A stretch of 64,000 bases of DNA, taken from the NCBI GenBank assembly GCA_002104945.1, contig MCFH01000014.1, positions 620,001-684,000 of the forward strand. The letters run 5' to 3'. The translations under genes and the position numbers were made by a program. Origin of the DNA: Piromyces finnis finn. Lineage: Eukaryota > Fungi > Neocallimastigomycota. Of this stretch, positions 26,800 through 41,787 are shown in pieces; positions within the stretch are counted from its first letter, which is position 1; the number at the start of each line of letters is the position of its first letter. The notes below the pieces were generated by a model. It saw only the letters and a list, made by a program, of their open reading frames with translations. It was not told the DNA's origin and searched no databases.

Positions 26800-27647
26800 A
26801 ATCTATTCAGTAATGAAAAAATATATATATATGTATATGTATGTATTTTACCTCTTTTTTTTTTTTTTTAAACGTATTATTTATATTATGAAAAACGAAA
26901 AAAAAAAAAAAAAAAAATGGAATGAAAAATTAAAAAGTATTAAAATTTATAAATAATTATATTTATATTTATGGAATGAAGAAAAAAAAAAAAAAATGAA
27001 CTATTTACTTTTTTTTTAAAGATAATTATAAAGATATAAACTATTTTCATTAAATATTTTTTTTTTTTAGTTTTCTCTTTTTATTCAAAGCGTTTTTTCA
27101 TTTATTTTCTTTTTTTATATTTTAAAAAAAAAAAAAAAAGAAAAAATTGAATGTTTTTATTTACCAAAACATATGGCATAAACTTTTTTATTTTTCTTAG
27201 GGTTGAATTTTTTTATTTTATTTTATATCTATATTTCTATATTTTTGTATATTACATTTTATCATCATCATCATCATTTTTTATAGTTTTTTTTTTTTTT
27301 TTTTTTTTATTTTATTTTTACTTTTGATTTTATATTTACATATTTTTTATAATACTATTTTATATATATTTGAAATTCGGTAATAATGATGATTTTAGTA
27401 TTTATAATGTAGAGTTATATGAAAAAAAAAAAAAAAAAAGGGGGTGAAGAGAGTAAAGGTTAAATATATATACTTTTTTAAAATATAAACAATTAATGTA
27501 TAAAAAAAAAAAAAGGTAAAAAAAAAAATAGCATTATATATAGGGTGTAAATTTAAACGTATTCTATTTAAAAAAAAAAAAAAAAAAAAAAAATTATATT
27601 GATGATATATAACATATGAACATATATCCTATATCCCTATAAGAAAT

Positions 27648-28767
27648 TTAGGAGGAATGAATATTCATGGTTTGTTGTTCTTTCGGTTGTTCAAGTTCAA
27701 CTTTTTGAGTATTGGTTTGATAGGTTGTTAATAATTGTAATAGTTGTAAATTACCCATAAAGACACCATGAATATCAACTAAAGCAGACTCTAGACATTT
27801 CATAATAATATTCTTATTATATTTTATCTTTTTTTTTTTTTTAAAAAAAAAAAATAGAGTTAGAATTTAATTATATTTAATTATTTATTTATTATTTATT
27901 ATCATAGTAAAGTATATTTATTATTCATGTTTATAGGTTAATAGCTATATATTTTTTTTTTTTATTCTGTTATTTTTTTTTAAAAATTACTTACACGTTC
28001 TGTAATTTCATCGATACGTGGTGTTGCCATTCTGTCTTTTACAGGATTTTCTTTTTGTATAATATTGAAATTTTTAATGTATTGGAAGATAAGATAATAA
28101 CTATTTAAATATTCAAATGCAATAAATTTACATTCCTATTAAAAAATAAAACAGATTTATTGATATTAATAATAGATCATTAGGAGGGTCATATGTATAA
28201 AATGAATTGATGATTATCTTTGATATATAAAAAAGATGATACTGTACTCTTAAAAGTATAATACATATACTACAAATATTTTTGGCAAAGGTAATGGTAT
28301 TATAAATATCTGTAGGAGGTTCCTTTATTTTACCTTCATTGTAATCATTTTGTTTTAACCTTATTTCCTTGATGTATAATAATATAACTTCTGCAATTTT
28401 TAAAAACTATTGTAATATGAGTAGGATAAAAAAAAAAAAAAAAAAAAAAAAAGGCGGGGGGAATTAATATTTATAGAGATAGATGATAGTAGTGCGAAAG
28501 TTGATTTAATATTAAAATATTTATTATTACTTGTTCACAAGCAGCTACAGAATATTTAGCTATAGCACTTGCTTCACTGAATTGAATACTATCTAAAGCT
28601 TCAGTAATAGATTTATTTAATCGTTCAGGATCTCCATTATTTTCTTTTATATCAATTAAAACAATAGAAAATTCTTTATGTAGCAACAACAACAACAATA
28701 ACAATAACAATAACAACAACAACAACAATAACAATAACAATAACAATAACAATAACAATAACAATAA

Positions 28768-28829
<62 letters not shown>

Positions 28830-29288
28830 AATAACAATAACAATAACAATAACAATAACAATAACAATAACAATAACAATAACAATAACAATAACAATAA
28901 CAATAACAATAACAATAACAATAACAATAACAATAACAATAACAATAACAATAACAATAACAAAAACAATAACAATAACAATAACAATAACAATAACAAT
29001 AACAATAACAATAACAATAACAATAACAATAACAATAACAATAACAATAACAATAACAATAACAATAACAATAACAATAACAATAACAATAACAATAACA
29101 ATAACAATAACAATAACAATAACAATAACAATAACAATAAAAATAACAATAACAATAACAATAACAATAACAATAACAATAACAATAAACAATAACAATA
29201 ACAATAACAATAACAATAACAATAACAATAAAACAATAACAATAACAATAACAATAACAATAACAATAACAATAACAATAACAATAAC

Positions 29289-29325
<37 letters not shown>

Positions 29326-30976
29326 TTAAAAAATTATTAATAAATTATTGAATAAAGATTATTTTTATAGAAATAATGATGGTAAAATATATATATATAT
29401 ATATACCTTTTTGAAAAGAAGAATATTTATCTTTACTCATGGTGAGAACAGGTTTAATAATTTCTTGTAATTTTTCCAATATATCAGATTCCATATTAAA
29501 ACCTTCCAAGTATGATTTCTATTGTTGTTGTGCGTATATAATATAATAATATAATAATGATTTATTAATTAGTTATTCATTTATTTATCTACCCATTCAG
29601 CTATCTATCTATATCTATCTATTTATCTATCTATAATTTATTTCTATCTATATATGTATATAAATATATATATCCATTTTAAAAAAAAAAAATAAAAATA
29701 TTAATTATATATCAAGAAATAGATTGAACCTATTTACATATTTTGTAGTAATGGCTTCATCTGTTAATATACTGGATATGGCATCATTACTCTTAAGAAT
29801 GGTATTAATTTCAATTTTATCAAAGAGAGCATCCATAGCTTGGAACTTGGATTGAACTAATTCTGGATATTTAAATTTCATTAAACGATCTTTTGCATAT
29901 TTAATATAATTATTCATGGTATTTTTAATTTCTTCTCCACCTTCATCAACAAATTGTTGATGATAACTAGGGTTATTAAAATCAAATAATACTTCAGCAT
30001 TATCAATAGTTGAAGTTGTACCTCGAGAAATTGGTGGAGCCAATATCTTTTTTTTTTTTTTTCAATTGTATTGAATATATATATATATATATATTTTATT
30101 AATTTTAAATAAATAAATGTGATATATATATTGTATAATATTAATTCAAATAAATAAATATTATTAGATTATCATTGTTTTTTATGATATAAAAGTATTA
30201 AGGAATATAATAGTTACATCTGAAATAGCATTTAATGCCTTTTTACCGAATGCTCCCAAATTAAATGTATCGTTATTACCATTACTATTGATATCTTCTA
30301 TATTCATTTCATTTTGAAACTCTCTCTTTTTTTTTATCCCATAGTTAATAGAAAAGATGATTATAAAAATATTTTGAATATTTAAAAAAAATAAAAATAG
30401 ATAGAAACATTTTTTTAAAATATAATATATACATATAATAGTGAGTAAGTTGTTTTATTTCATTATTAGTAAACGAAATCCTTAATAATAAATTGTAATA
30501 GCTTTTTTATACATTGGAATAAAAAAAAAAAAAAAAAGAAAAGAAAAGTAAATATACAATACTTGTTTTTGAATATTTTGATTAATTGATGTTACTTCCT
30601 GGTCTTGATTTTTATTTTCGGCTTTAAAACCTGGGTCTAATGTTTCATATATTTTATCAATACCATTAAATAAAGATTGTTTCCAACCACCCCACTTTGG
30701 TGCTTTTATAAAAACAAAGGAATAATATTATATATTGATATTAAAGTTAATTATTTATTATTCTTTATTTTATCTTTATTATTATTATTACAAAATATTA
30801 TTGATTTATATATAAAATCTTTTTTTTTTATCAAGATATTAAAAAAAAAAAAAAATACCAGTTTTAGGTTGAAGACTCTTATCCCCAACTTCAACGATTG
30901 GTGAAAAATTTTCAGTTGTTTTTTCTTCGACACCATTATTAACATTGGTATCTGTAACTAAAGTTTCATTATTCAT
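27648..30976 (-). CDS. FAM114A/Noxp20-like (DUF719-like) protein, multi-exon
   Basis: Exons give PKWGGWKQSLFNG..ETLDPGFK, FNLGAFGKKALNAISD, SEASAIAKYSVAACEQ/FLKIAEVIL and C-terminal CLESALVDIHGVFMGNLQLLQLL. These resemble, from memory, the FAM114 motifs W-G-x-W, LEFIGKKTM and EQLHKVAELIL. Confidence 0.65.
28684..29323. repeat. Intronic (ACAATA)n array with an embedded A60 tract, ending in (AAT)n
   Basis: Directly visible. It lies between two FAM114-like exons (ending near 29433 and starting near 28672). Poly-A runs 28769-28828. Confidence 0.97.
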
Positions 30977-31121
30977 TTCTATTAATTGTTGTTATAGTTT
31001 ATTAATAAATATATATGTGTATGATAATAAATTAATAATGAAGGGGCCGAAATTTAGTTTTCTAACTTTTTTAATTTTTAAATATGAAAAAAAAAAAAAA
31101 AAAAGTATTAATTTTTCAATG

Positions 31122-31156
<35 letters not shown>

Positions 31157-31244
31157 ACGTATGCATATATAATATTTATAACATTATTTGTATTATTTGT
31201 TTTTTTTTTTAAATAAATTTTCAATGAAATTTAAAAATTTTATG

Positions 31245-31288
<44 letters not shown>

Positions 31289-32550
31289 TGTTAATTTATT
31301 GATAATTAATAATTTTGTTGAAACCTTTTTTTTTTAATTAATTCAATTCAAATTGAAAATTGTTTTGCACTTTTATTTTTATAGTCTATTTATTGATAAT
31401 AGATATTTACAAAGTATAAAGTATTTTATTATTTATTTACTTTTTTTTTTTTTGTCATTAGGTGTAACACTTTATACCAATGTTTTAAACAATTTCTATT
31501 CATTTTTTATTCTTTTTTCAATAATGTATTTTGAAAATTAACTTTGAATACTTTATTTAGTTTATGAAATAATTCATGGGGAAAACATTATAAATTGAAG
31601 TGGAGTGCGACACTTGGGAGTTATATCCCATCAATCATTCCACCATTGTTAGATATATAATTTTTTTAATAAAAATCTTGTGTTATAAAAATAAAAAATT
31701 ACTTTTTAAAATTTGGTCATTAATTTCAATAATAAAGCTTTTTCTTCTTTTATAGAGTTTTACTTTTTTTTTATATAAAAAAAAGCAAGTATTCAATATA
31801 TATTAATAAAATTAATAAAAAAAAAAAAAAGAAAGGATGGTATGCCAAAATGTGGTTCTTTTTTTTTTTTATTTCATTCCTTTTCCTTTTTTTTATTTTT
31901 ATTTTTAAAAAATGGATTATTTCTTTAATATATATTAAAATATATTATTTAATATAATAAAATTAATTAAAAAAAACTTTAAAAATACTAAAAATCAACG
32001 TATACATTCATGTACAATGTTTAGTCCTTCTTGATGTAAAATCAAAAAAAAAAATAAAGACAATTTTTTTAAAGAGTATCATTAAAGAAATGATTCAACA
32101 ACCAAGGCCAAAATCACTTTCATTCCTACCAATAACAGCAAACAACAACAAACAACAAATTAAAAGTTACTTTTCCAATTTTTTTCCCCATTACTTTTAT
32201 CAATGAAAATAAAAAAAAACATTTTCCTATTATTATTCTTAACGCATTTTACAAATTATTCATCTTTTACTTTTTACCTATTTTCTCTCCCTTCATTACT
32301 ATTAATATTACTTTTATAATTGATTTTAATTTATATTATTTTTTTTTTTTTTTTCATTTTTATTTCTTTTTTATATATAATTTACTTTTATATATATATA
32401 TATAATTTAATGTGTTTTATTATTATTATTATTATTAGTTAGTTATATTTTATATAAATAAATTATATAATTCTTGAGATGATGGTTTAATAAAAATACA
32501 AATGTGCTTTATTAAAAAAAAATATATTTTATTCTATATATAAAATGAAA

Positions 32551-34051
32551 TTAAACCAATTTCTTGGCAACAAAGAAGTTCTTTTTTAAAGGAAATAATA
32601 AAATAAATTGAATAAAAAAAATTGGATTAATAATGGATTAAATAATAATTTAAAATTATTATTATCAATACTCTATTGTAAAAAAAAAAAAAAAAAAAAA
32701 AATACCTTTAAGTAACGCATTTGCCAGTAACAAGTAGCAACAATAATGATAAGTTGAATAATAGTCCAGTACATAATATGTGAGTTAGTAGCTTCACTTT
32801 GGTCACGGAATTCAATTTCGTGAGTCTTTTATTACAATTTAAATATTATTTTTTAGTATTTATTGATTGTTTTTTTTTTTTTTTTTTTTTAATAATTAGA
32901 ATAAGTGAATTTATAAATATATATAAATGTGTGTATGGATTTTAAATAAGATTTCTTACTCTTTGGTATTGTTGTTCACGCTTAATGCTAGCAACCTTTG
33001 AATTTAAATCTCTGATTTTCAAATTAATAGCTTTTTTTTTTTATAAATATTAAAAATTGGTGAATGGCCATTACATTAATAAATATATTATTAACAGGTT
33101 TAAAAAAAGCTTTCCTAAACCTATTATCTATTCTTTTCATTGTTCGAGATTAATACTTACAACTTAATTTTTCCTTTTCAGCATCTTCTTTTTGAGTGTT
33201 ATCGAAAACATTGTCACTGAATTTCATGTCAAAGAATAATTTCTATTGCATTTTATATTGATATATTTATTTATCATTTATTTTTTTTTTAAAAAAAGAT
33301 AAAAAAAGGTTTAATAAATTTCTGGATAAATACTCAAAATTTATTGATAAATAAATAAATAAATAAAACATACAGTGCTTTCCTTAGAGAACCAAGTTCT
33401 AGTAGTAGCCATAACACAAATTAAGTGATCACCAGTGTCAGCAGCAGTAAAGGTGAAACGACCAGAACTACCACTTCTTTGGTTAAGTACACGGTGACCT
33501 TTATCGAAAATTTCCTTTATAATTTTTTTAATAAAATGCAAAGTTAGTCACATTACAAAGTCTATTATATCAAATATATCAAGATTTTGTAGCTTACATC
33601 AATAGTAATTAATAAAGAAGAATTTGGATTTTCTCTATAGATTTGAGCCTTGGTATCAAATTCTTGAGTTTTGTAATTACCTATTTATAGTTACATTAAA
33701 ACGAAAAAGTTTTTTTAATACGTAAAAAAAAACATGTTAAGGAAGGACAACAATTCAACTTTATTGATATATACCATCAATGACAGTTCCCTATTTATAT
33801 ATATATTAATTATTAAAAAAAAAAAATATTTAACAAAAGTAATAAAAAGAAAAAAAACTTTAATAAAAATAGATAATTTTTTTTTTTTGTTTTCATCATA
33901 AATTTTTATTTCAAAAAAACATTACCTTTGATAATTCTTCCATGAAACACTTTTGTTCACCTCCTTCTAAGAAAAAGTACATAGACTTTACTGAATTACA
34001 AAGGAAACCCAAAAAAAGAAAAACTATTCCTAACTGATGACTTAAATGCAT
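32551..34051 (-). CDS. p24/emp24/gp25L family COPII cargo receptor (p24-alpha, Erp1/TMED9-like), multi-exon
   Basis: Signal peptide, then MYFFLEGGEQKCFMEEL, GOLD-domain GRFTFTAADTGDHLIC, coiled coil REQQYQR..FRDQSEATNSHIMYWTIIQL and terminal NFFVAKKLV* (FF plus dilysine sorting motif). Confidence 0.93.
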
Positions 34052-37000
34052 TTTGTATTTATCTTTTATCTATAAGTATATGTATGTATTAATTTATAAT
34101 ATTTTGTTCTATTGATTTTAACATGTTTGTTATTATTTCATTTGAATATCATAATTTTGATTTCAATTGTTTTTATATAGCAATGAGCAGATGGATGATA
34201 AATAAATAATATAAATAAAAATAAATAAAATGATTAGTTTTTTTTTTCCTTTGCATTTTATAAATAAAAATGTGTTTTTTCCAGAGAAAACACATAAATA
34301 CGCATCCATACAACTTTCTAATTATTAATTATTTTTATAATAAATAAATATTTATTTTTATTATTCTATTATTTTCATAATAACCAAATTGTTTGTTTAT
34401 TTATTTATTATATAAAATATATATTTTTGTATTTATTATTATATTAAATAATATAAATATTATATTTATAGGATTGATTGATTATACTGATAATGAATAA
34501 AATAACATTCAAATAGTTTTTATTATTATTATTATTATTATTTAATAGATCATTATTTATTTCGAAAAAAAAAAATTTTTTTTTATTAGTTGTATTGTTA
34601 ATCTCTCTCTCTCTTTCTCTCTCTCTCTTTCTCTAAGGATATTGTCATATTTTTTTTTGTTTTTGTTTTTTACTAAATATTTATTATTATTAAATGTTAA
34701 TCTTTTTTTTTTTTTTTTTTTTGTTTATTTGCTTTTTTTTTTTTTTGTTTCTTCCTCCTCCCTACCTCCCTCCTTCCCTCTTTTATTTTTTTAATCTAAA
34801 GAAATATTTAAAAAAGTAAAAAATGAAAAAAAAAACCTACTTTAATATTTCCTTTTTTTTTTTTTTTATTTAAATTTCTTTATTTCTTTTTTCTTTTTTA
34901 AAAGTTTTTACTTTTTATTTTTATTTTACTTTTTTATTTTTTTTTTTTTTTTACTTTTTTACTTTTTTTACTTTTAATAATAATTATAAAAAAAAAAAAA
35001 AAATAAAATTTTTATATTAATTAAATATAAAAGAAAGAATTTTTTGGTGGTATGGTGGTGGTGAGTTTTGCCTAAAATTTGAAGGTGAAAAAAAAATGAA
35101 TGTATCATCAATACATTAATGTATTTGAATGTAATTAGTAATGTAAATGTAAATCAAACCTTTTTTTGAATGAATGAATGAATGAAATGTTACAAAAGAA
35201 ATAGGATGAAAATGACTACACAACACAAATTAAATTGTTAATATTATTATAAGAAAATTCTTTTATTATTATTATCGTTATGTTTTATTATTTTATAAAA
35301 AATATTTCAAAGATGATAGAGAGAAAAAAGTATATTAATCCTTTATGTACTATTAACTCATATAGTAGGTATGATAGGTATAATATACTTTTTTAGACAT
35401 CACACTACTCTGATAATAATTTTATTATTAAAAGATCAATCTTTTTCATTTTCTTCTATAAATGAATATAAAAAAATTGTATTAAATAAAACTTGTAAAC
35501 GCTATATAATAAATCATTATAAACCTATTTTACGCTTGATATTACATCATTACAGTATTATTAATAAAAAATGGTAAAAAATCATCCTCTTACACCAACT
35601 TTTTTTTTTTTAATTAATAAAAGTAATGATCATTTTATATTTAAACTAATATACAAAATCTTAAATAATATTAAACTAAAAATAATATATATTATTAGCA
35701 AAGACTCAAAAATCGAAAAATATATGGGTATTTCTAAAAAAAAAAAAAATCTACTTTATTTAATATCTATTTTGATAATGTCAGTAATAACAATAACAAT
35801 AATTATAAAAATTGACATCACCTTGTAATTAATTACATTGCTTTATTTATATTATTTGATATTCGATACAATAACGGTACTGATTTTTAATTATATATGT
35901 ATACAACATATGAATATCATTTTTAAAAACGAAAAATACTATTAATAGTAATAATAAATCGGTTTAAACTTTATAAATGATTTAATATTTAATAATAAAA
36001 AAACATGTCATGACATTCTTTTTTTTTTAACAAATGACGATGAATTATTTAAATACTTTTTTAACATCATCATCATTTGTTCATTTTAACGTATCCTTCC
36101 TTTAATTTATAAATCCATGATTATCATTCATAATATAATAAAGTAAAAAAGAAATATAATTAGTTTATATTTCTTTTTTACTTTATTATATTATGATTTG
36201 TTAATCGTATTTAATTATGGATTTCTATTAATTATTATTATTTAATGTTTAATGTTGTGTATCATTTTAAAATAGTAGTCCTTTTTTAAATTCTCTTTCC
36301 CTTTTTTGATTTGTGAATTAAAGCAATTTCATCTTTTGGTTTTTGATTGTATTGTAATATATTGTCACAATATATTATTAAATTGAACTTTAATAAATCA
36401 AAATTTATTTTTAAAGTTTTTTTTTCTTTTCTTTTAATTATTAAGATTTAATTATAAAGGGTAAGAATAGTATTAAATAGTAATAATAATATTAATAATA
36501 ATATAGATAATGATAATAATTAGAGTAATAATAAAAGTAATTATACAATAGTACTAATTATACAGTACTAATTACAACGTATTAATTACATCTGTATTAA
36601 TAACTATTAATTATACAGTATTAATTATTATTAACAAATTATATAATTATAATAATTAATAATTTATAATGATAAACATTAATTATTATTAAATATTATA
36701 ATTATTAAATATTTATATTATCCTAGGATTAAAAGAAAAAAAAAATTTTTTTTTTTTATTTCTCTTTTATTGTTATACTTTTTTCATTTTTTTTTAAATA
36801 GTATACACAACGTAATAATAAAGAGTATTCATTATTAGAAGAAGAAAAAAGGTAAAAAAAAAAAAAAAAAAAAAAAAGAAAGAAAATAAATAAATAAAAT
36901 GTCAATTATATGAAAAGATACAAAGATTATTAATTCCTAATGACAAAAAGTAAACAATACATCAAAGCAAAAATGGTTATGAATAAAAATTCATAAATAA

Positions 37001-37551
37001 TAATCAAGAAAAATAAACATAAAAAAAAAGAAATTAGACAACGACAACAACGACAACAACGACAACAACGACAAAAACAACAATATTAATAATAAATAAA
37101 ATTAAAAAGGAATAATTTCAAAAAAAAAAAACAACATTATTCTTTTTAAATATTGAAACAGATAAACAATAACACACTATTTTATTTTGGATTGAACAAT
37201 AGTAAAGTAAAATATTTTACTTTTAAACAAGGAATAAAAATAAAAAAAGAGAGAAAAAATAAACAAAAATGCCTATTTTATAATAATAATCCTTAATTTC
37301 TTTAAATAACTTGTTATAAATTCGAAAAAAAAATATAGAGAATCAATTATAAATTATTATATTTTTTGATATTAACCATATAATATACCTTTTTATATAT
37401 AAATAAATAATATTTCATAAAAGTAAAAAAAAAAAAAAAATAAAATAAAAATAAAAAAGCAACAATAAATCAATAAAACAAAATATTAAAAAAAATAAAA
37501 CGAAATTTAATAAGAAAAAAAATAACCAATAAATAATAATAATAATAAAAA

Positions 37552-39283
37552 ATGAGTTTATCCCCATCTGAAAAGCGTAAGAGAAGAGTCGGTTTAAGAC
37601 TTCCAACAGCTACTGTTAATGTATTAAAAAATCCAGAAGCAGAAGCAGTTGCTGCTCTTCCAAAACAATTAGAAAAACTTGAAGTTTCAAATACTTTCAA
37701 GATTGATTTAAAGGATGAAGATTTAAAACCATTTGAAGAATTAGGTTCTGGTAATGGTGGTACAGTAAATAAAATTTTACATGTTCCAACAAATACTATT
37801 ATGGCTAGAAAGGTAAAAAAAAAAAAAAAAAAAAAACTATTATTGTTATTTTAAATGTTTTTTTTAATATAAATTCAAACAAATAAAATAAATAGTATAT
37901 ATAAGTAAAAATTTATTTATCTTTATATTTAAATAAATATTTTTTTTTAATTGCCATAATAAACTGTTAAAAAATGACAGGTTATTCATGTTGAAGCCAA
38001 TGCTACAGTTAGAAAACAAATTTTAAGAGAATTACAAATTTTACATGATTGTAATAATGAATATATTATCGGTTTTTATGGTTCATACATTAATGAAGGA
38101 GATCTTTTCATTTGTATGGAATATATGGATTTAGGGTAAACTATTAGCGTTTTTATAAACTTTCGGGAATAAATTTATATTTTTTTAGAAAATGATAAAT
38201 TGTAATTAATATATTAATAATATTTTTTAAACCAATTTAATAATACTAGTTCATTAGATTCTATTTATAGAAAAATTGGTCCAATTAAGGAACCAATTCT
38301 TGCAGATATTACCTTATCTGTTTTAAGAGGTCTTATATATTTACACGAAACTCACAAAATTATTCATAGAGGTAAAATAAAAAATAAATCTTTTTAAAAA
38401 TATCTTGAACATAAATCAATTTAGTCAAAAAAAAAAAAAAAAAAAAAAAAAACATAGAATTTATATACTTTTCAAAATTTTTATTCTAATTTAAATTTTT
38501 TTCCCCTATACCAATTATTCCATTCTTTTTTAAAAAAAATAATATTTACAAAATTATTGTTTTTATTTTTTTTTTAAAAAAAAAAAAAAAAGATATTAAG
38601 CCATCAAATATATTGGTAAATTCTCAAGGTGAAATCAAGTTAGCTGATTTTGGTGTTAGTGGACAACTTGTTAACTCTGTTGCTAATACCTTTGTTGGTA
38701 CAAGTCATTACATGGCTGTAAATATCAATAATATTACATGATTTTTATTTAATCCTCCATTATATTTTGTATATTTCAATGAAACTAATTTGATTTAATC
38801 TAATATCTATATCTCTAATATTCATCTATCTATATTTTTATTCATATGATTATTCATCTCACAATCACAATATTCAACATGATTATCATTATCATCATCG
38901 TCGTCGATACTAAAATGTTAAAATAGCCTGAAAGAATTCAAGGTGGTAAATATTCCGTACAATCTGATGTATGGAGTCTTGGTATTTCATTAATGGAACT
39001 TGCTATTGGTAAATTCCCATTCCCACCAGAAGGTATTGTCCTTCCTATATTCGATTTATTACAATACATTGTTAATGAACCAGTACCTCCATTACCAGCT
39101 GATCAATTCTCTGAAGAATTCCAAGATTTCTGTAATAAATGTTTAATTAAGGATCCACATAAACGTCCAAACTTTAAATACTTGGTAAAACACAAATTTG
39201 TACTAAAAGCTGAAGATGACAAGGTTGATATGAAGGCTTGGGCTGAAGATGTTGCTGATAAAATTAAAAAATCTAAAGAATAA
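37552..39283 (+). CDS. MAP kinase kinase (Ste7/Fuz7/MEK1-like), multi-exon
   Basis: N-terminal docking motif [10 protein letters not shown], then [36 protein letters not shown] and [33 protein letters not shown] (S-x3-T activation loop). Confidence 0.96.
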
Positions 39284-40200
39284 AGTCGTTAAAAAAAAAA
39301 TTCAGAAAAAATTTAAAAATATTAGCGGTATTTAAGCTAAACTAAATTAGCTTAAAAAAAAAAAAAATTAAAACAAACTACCAAATGAAATATATTGTTA
39401 TATAAATAAAAAAAATACCCAGAAATTTAAATTAGTTTTTTTTTTTTTTTTTTTATCATTATTCATATATACATATGATTTTTAATAAAATAAAAAATAA
39501 TATTATATGTATCTTTGTTATTTTATAGTAATTTCTTTTTTATCCCGAAAAGAAAGTATAAAAAGGAAAGATAAAGAGGAGAAAAAAAAAAAAAAAAAAA
39601 ACTTTTTTAAACATTGAAAAGAAATATATATTTTTATAAAGAAAAATATAATTAAAATAAAAGACAAAAAAAATAAAAATAAAAATATAAAAAAATAAAA
39701 ATAAATATTAAAAAGAAACGAAAAAAAAAAAACTTTATAGAAAGGGTTTTTTTCTTCCTTTATGGATGATATATCTAAGGCATTAATTGGTTATTTATAA
39801 AATTTTTTTCCATAAAAATGTTTATAAAGATTTTCTTTCAAGATGCCCATTTCATGAATACTATTATTTTATGAAATGTTTTTTTTTTCTTTTCTTTTTA
39901 AACGTTTATAATGAATTGGGTATTTAATTTTATTTTATTTTTATTTTTTATTTTGGTATAAAATTTATAACAATTATATAAATATAGTTTAAATAAATAA
40001 ATTAAATATTACAAATTTACATAAATAATTGAGGTTTTTTTTAAAAAAAAAAAAAAAAAAGAAAGGCTATTGATGATGATAATCCAATGACTAAATTTAT
40101 ATATAAAAATCAGTAAAGATACGCAATATAATTTGAATTTACCTCGTATTTTTTTTTTTTTTTTTTTTTTTAATAAAAAAAAAAAAAAAAGTGTTACTTT

Positions 40201-41688
40201 TTAAAGTGTTGATATCATATTAATAATTAAAGATAGAATTTTCTTTTGAAAAGTTATCGTTTCTGGATTTTTAGTTACACAAAAAAGTGGGACTTTTGCC
40301 TTTGTATCCAAGTAAAGAAGAAGAGTATAAAACATAAATAAATAAAACGGATAGGTTTAAATAAAAAAGGAGAAAATTTTTTATTTTTTTTTTTTTTATA
40401 TATATAAACTTTTTACCTCTTCTAATATTTTTTGTTGTCTTTCAATCTCATTATCTAATTGTTGAATAATAAAACTATCACATTTTTGTACTTCAACTAA
40501 TAATTCATTCTCAAAAGCATCTATTTGTTCCTGCGACCAACTACCAATAATTTGTCTATAGGATATTATTTATAGTTTTTATAGACAAAATAATTTTAAT
40601 TAATAGTTTGATAACATTAAAATTATTTCTTTTAAAGTATATAAAAAAAAAAAAATATTCTTCATTTCAACTTTTAATATATTTGCGTATATAATTTTTA
40701 ATAATTACTTTGCAAGGGCTTCCTTTTTTCTTTTCTCTTGTCCATCAAGGACTTTTTTTCGTTTCATTAATAATTGTTCTTCTTTATCACTCTATTTTTT
40801 AGAGGGGGAGGGAAGGTAGAATTATAAAAAAAAAAGATTTAAAATAAATATTTTATAAACTTTTTTTTTTTTTAAATAAATATATTGGTATTAAAACAAA
40901 CAAAACAAAACAAAAAAAATTCTCAATTACTTGTTCTTTCATTAATCGTTTAAATAAAACAACAAATGAATTTTGTTCGACTAAAGAAGCAATACTTCTT
41001 AATACATCTGGTGTAATTGCATTTGATTTTGAATTTGAATTTTCATGGGTATTATTTTGTTCCTCTTTTATTTTTTCATCTGAATTCAGTGAATCTTGAA
41101 TTGAATTTTGATTTGAATTATTATTATTTGTGTTGGTGGTGGTGTTGGTGGTGGTGGTGGTATCCATAGCATCAACACTACTACTATTTTGTTTATTCTG
41201 AGATTTGTTAGACTTGAATCCGGTGATTTTAGTAATTTCAGTACCTACTGTAGTAATATGGCCATCCTCTTTTTCAACCTTACTTTTTTTAATTGAACTA
41301 TGAGAGGAAGAGGAGATGGATGATGTTCTTGAATGGGAACGAGAATGGGAATGGGAATCATTCTCTGAAATGGTGGTATTCATTTCAGAACTAGATGGTT
41401 TTCTTTGTTTTCTTTTCATAGGAACAACGGCAATTTCACTACTTTTAGTTTTATCTTTTGAAACTATTGATGTAGATTTTGGGGGTGGGGAATTGATAGA
41501 TAGATATGTATATATGTATATGAAGGTACGTATATTTAATTAATAACTTTTTTTTTCATAATAAATAATATTTATGATAAAAAAAAAAAAAAAAAATACC
41601 TTCATTTTCTAAATTTTTATTTATTTCAGTATCTTCTTTTATATTAAATGATTATGACAATATATAATAAAGATTAATATATATTATA

Positions 41689-41787
<99 letters not shown>

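Noticed and set aside
23858-27647. 3.8 kb intergenic stretch and its short ORFs
   Set aside because: Homopolymer-dominated, with no codon-like composition, splice-consistent exons or repeats beyond background.
28656-29290. Poly-Leu and IV-repeat ORFs
   Set aside because: These are readings of an intronic microsatellite inside the FAM114-like gene.
36539-36630. Degenerate ~14-bp repeat (attatacagtacta) upstream of the MAPKK
   Set aside because: Too degenerate and AT-rich to distinguish from background slippage.
40700-40790. Suspected frameshift in the DUF2458-like exon
   Set aside because: Recounting the T runs shows the frame is intact (QEKRKKEALAK).
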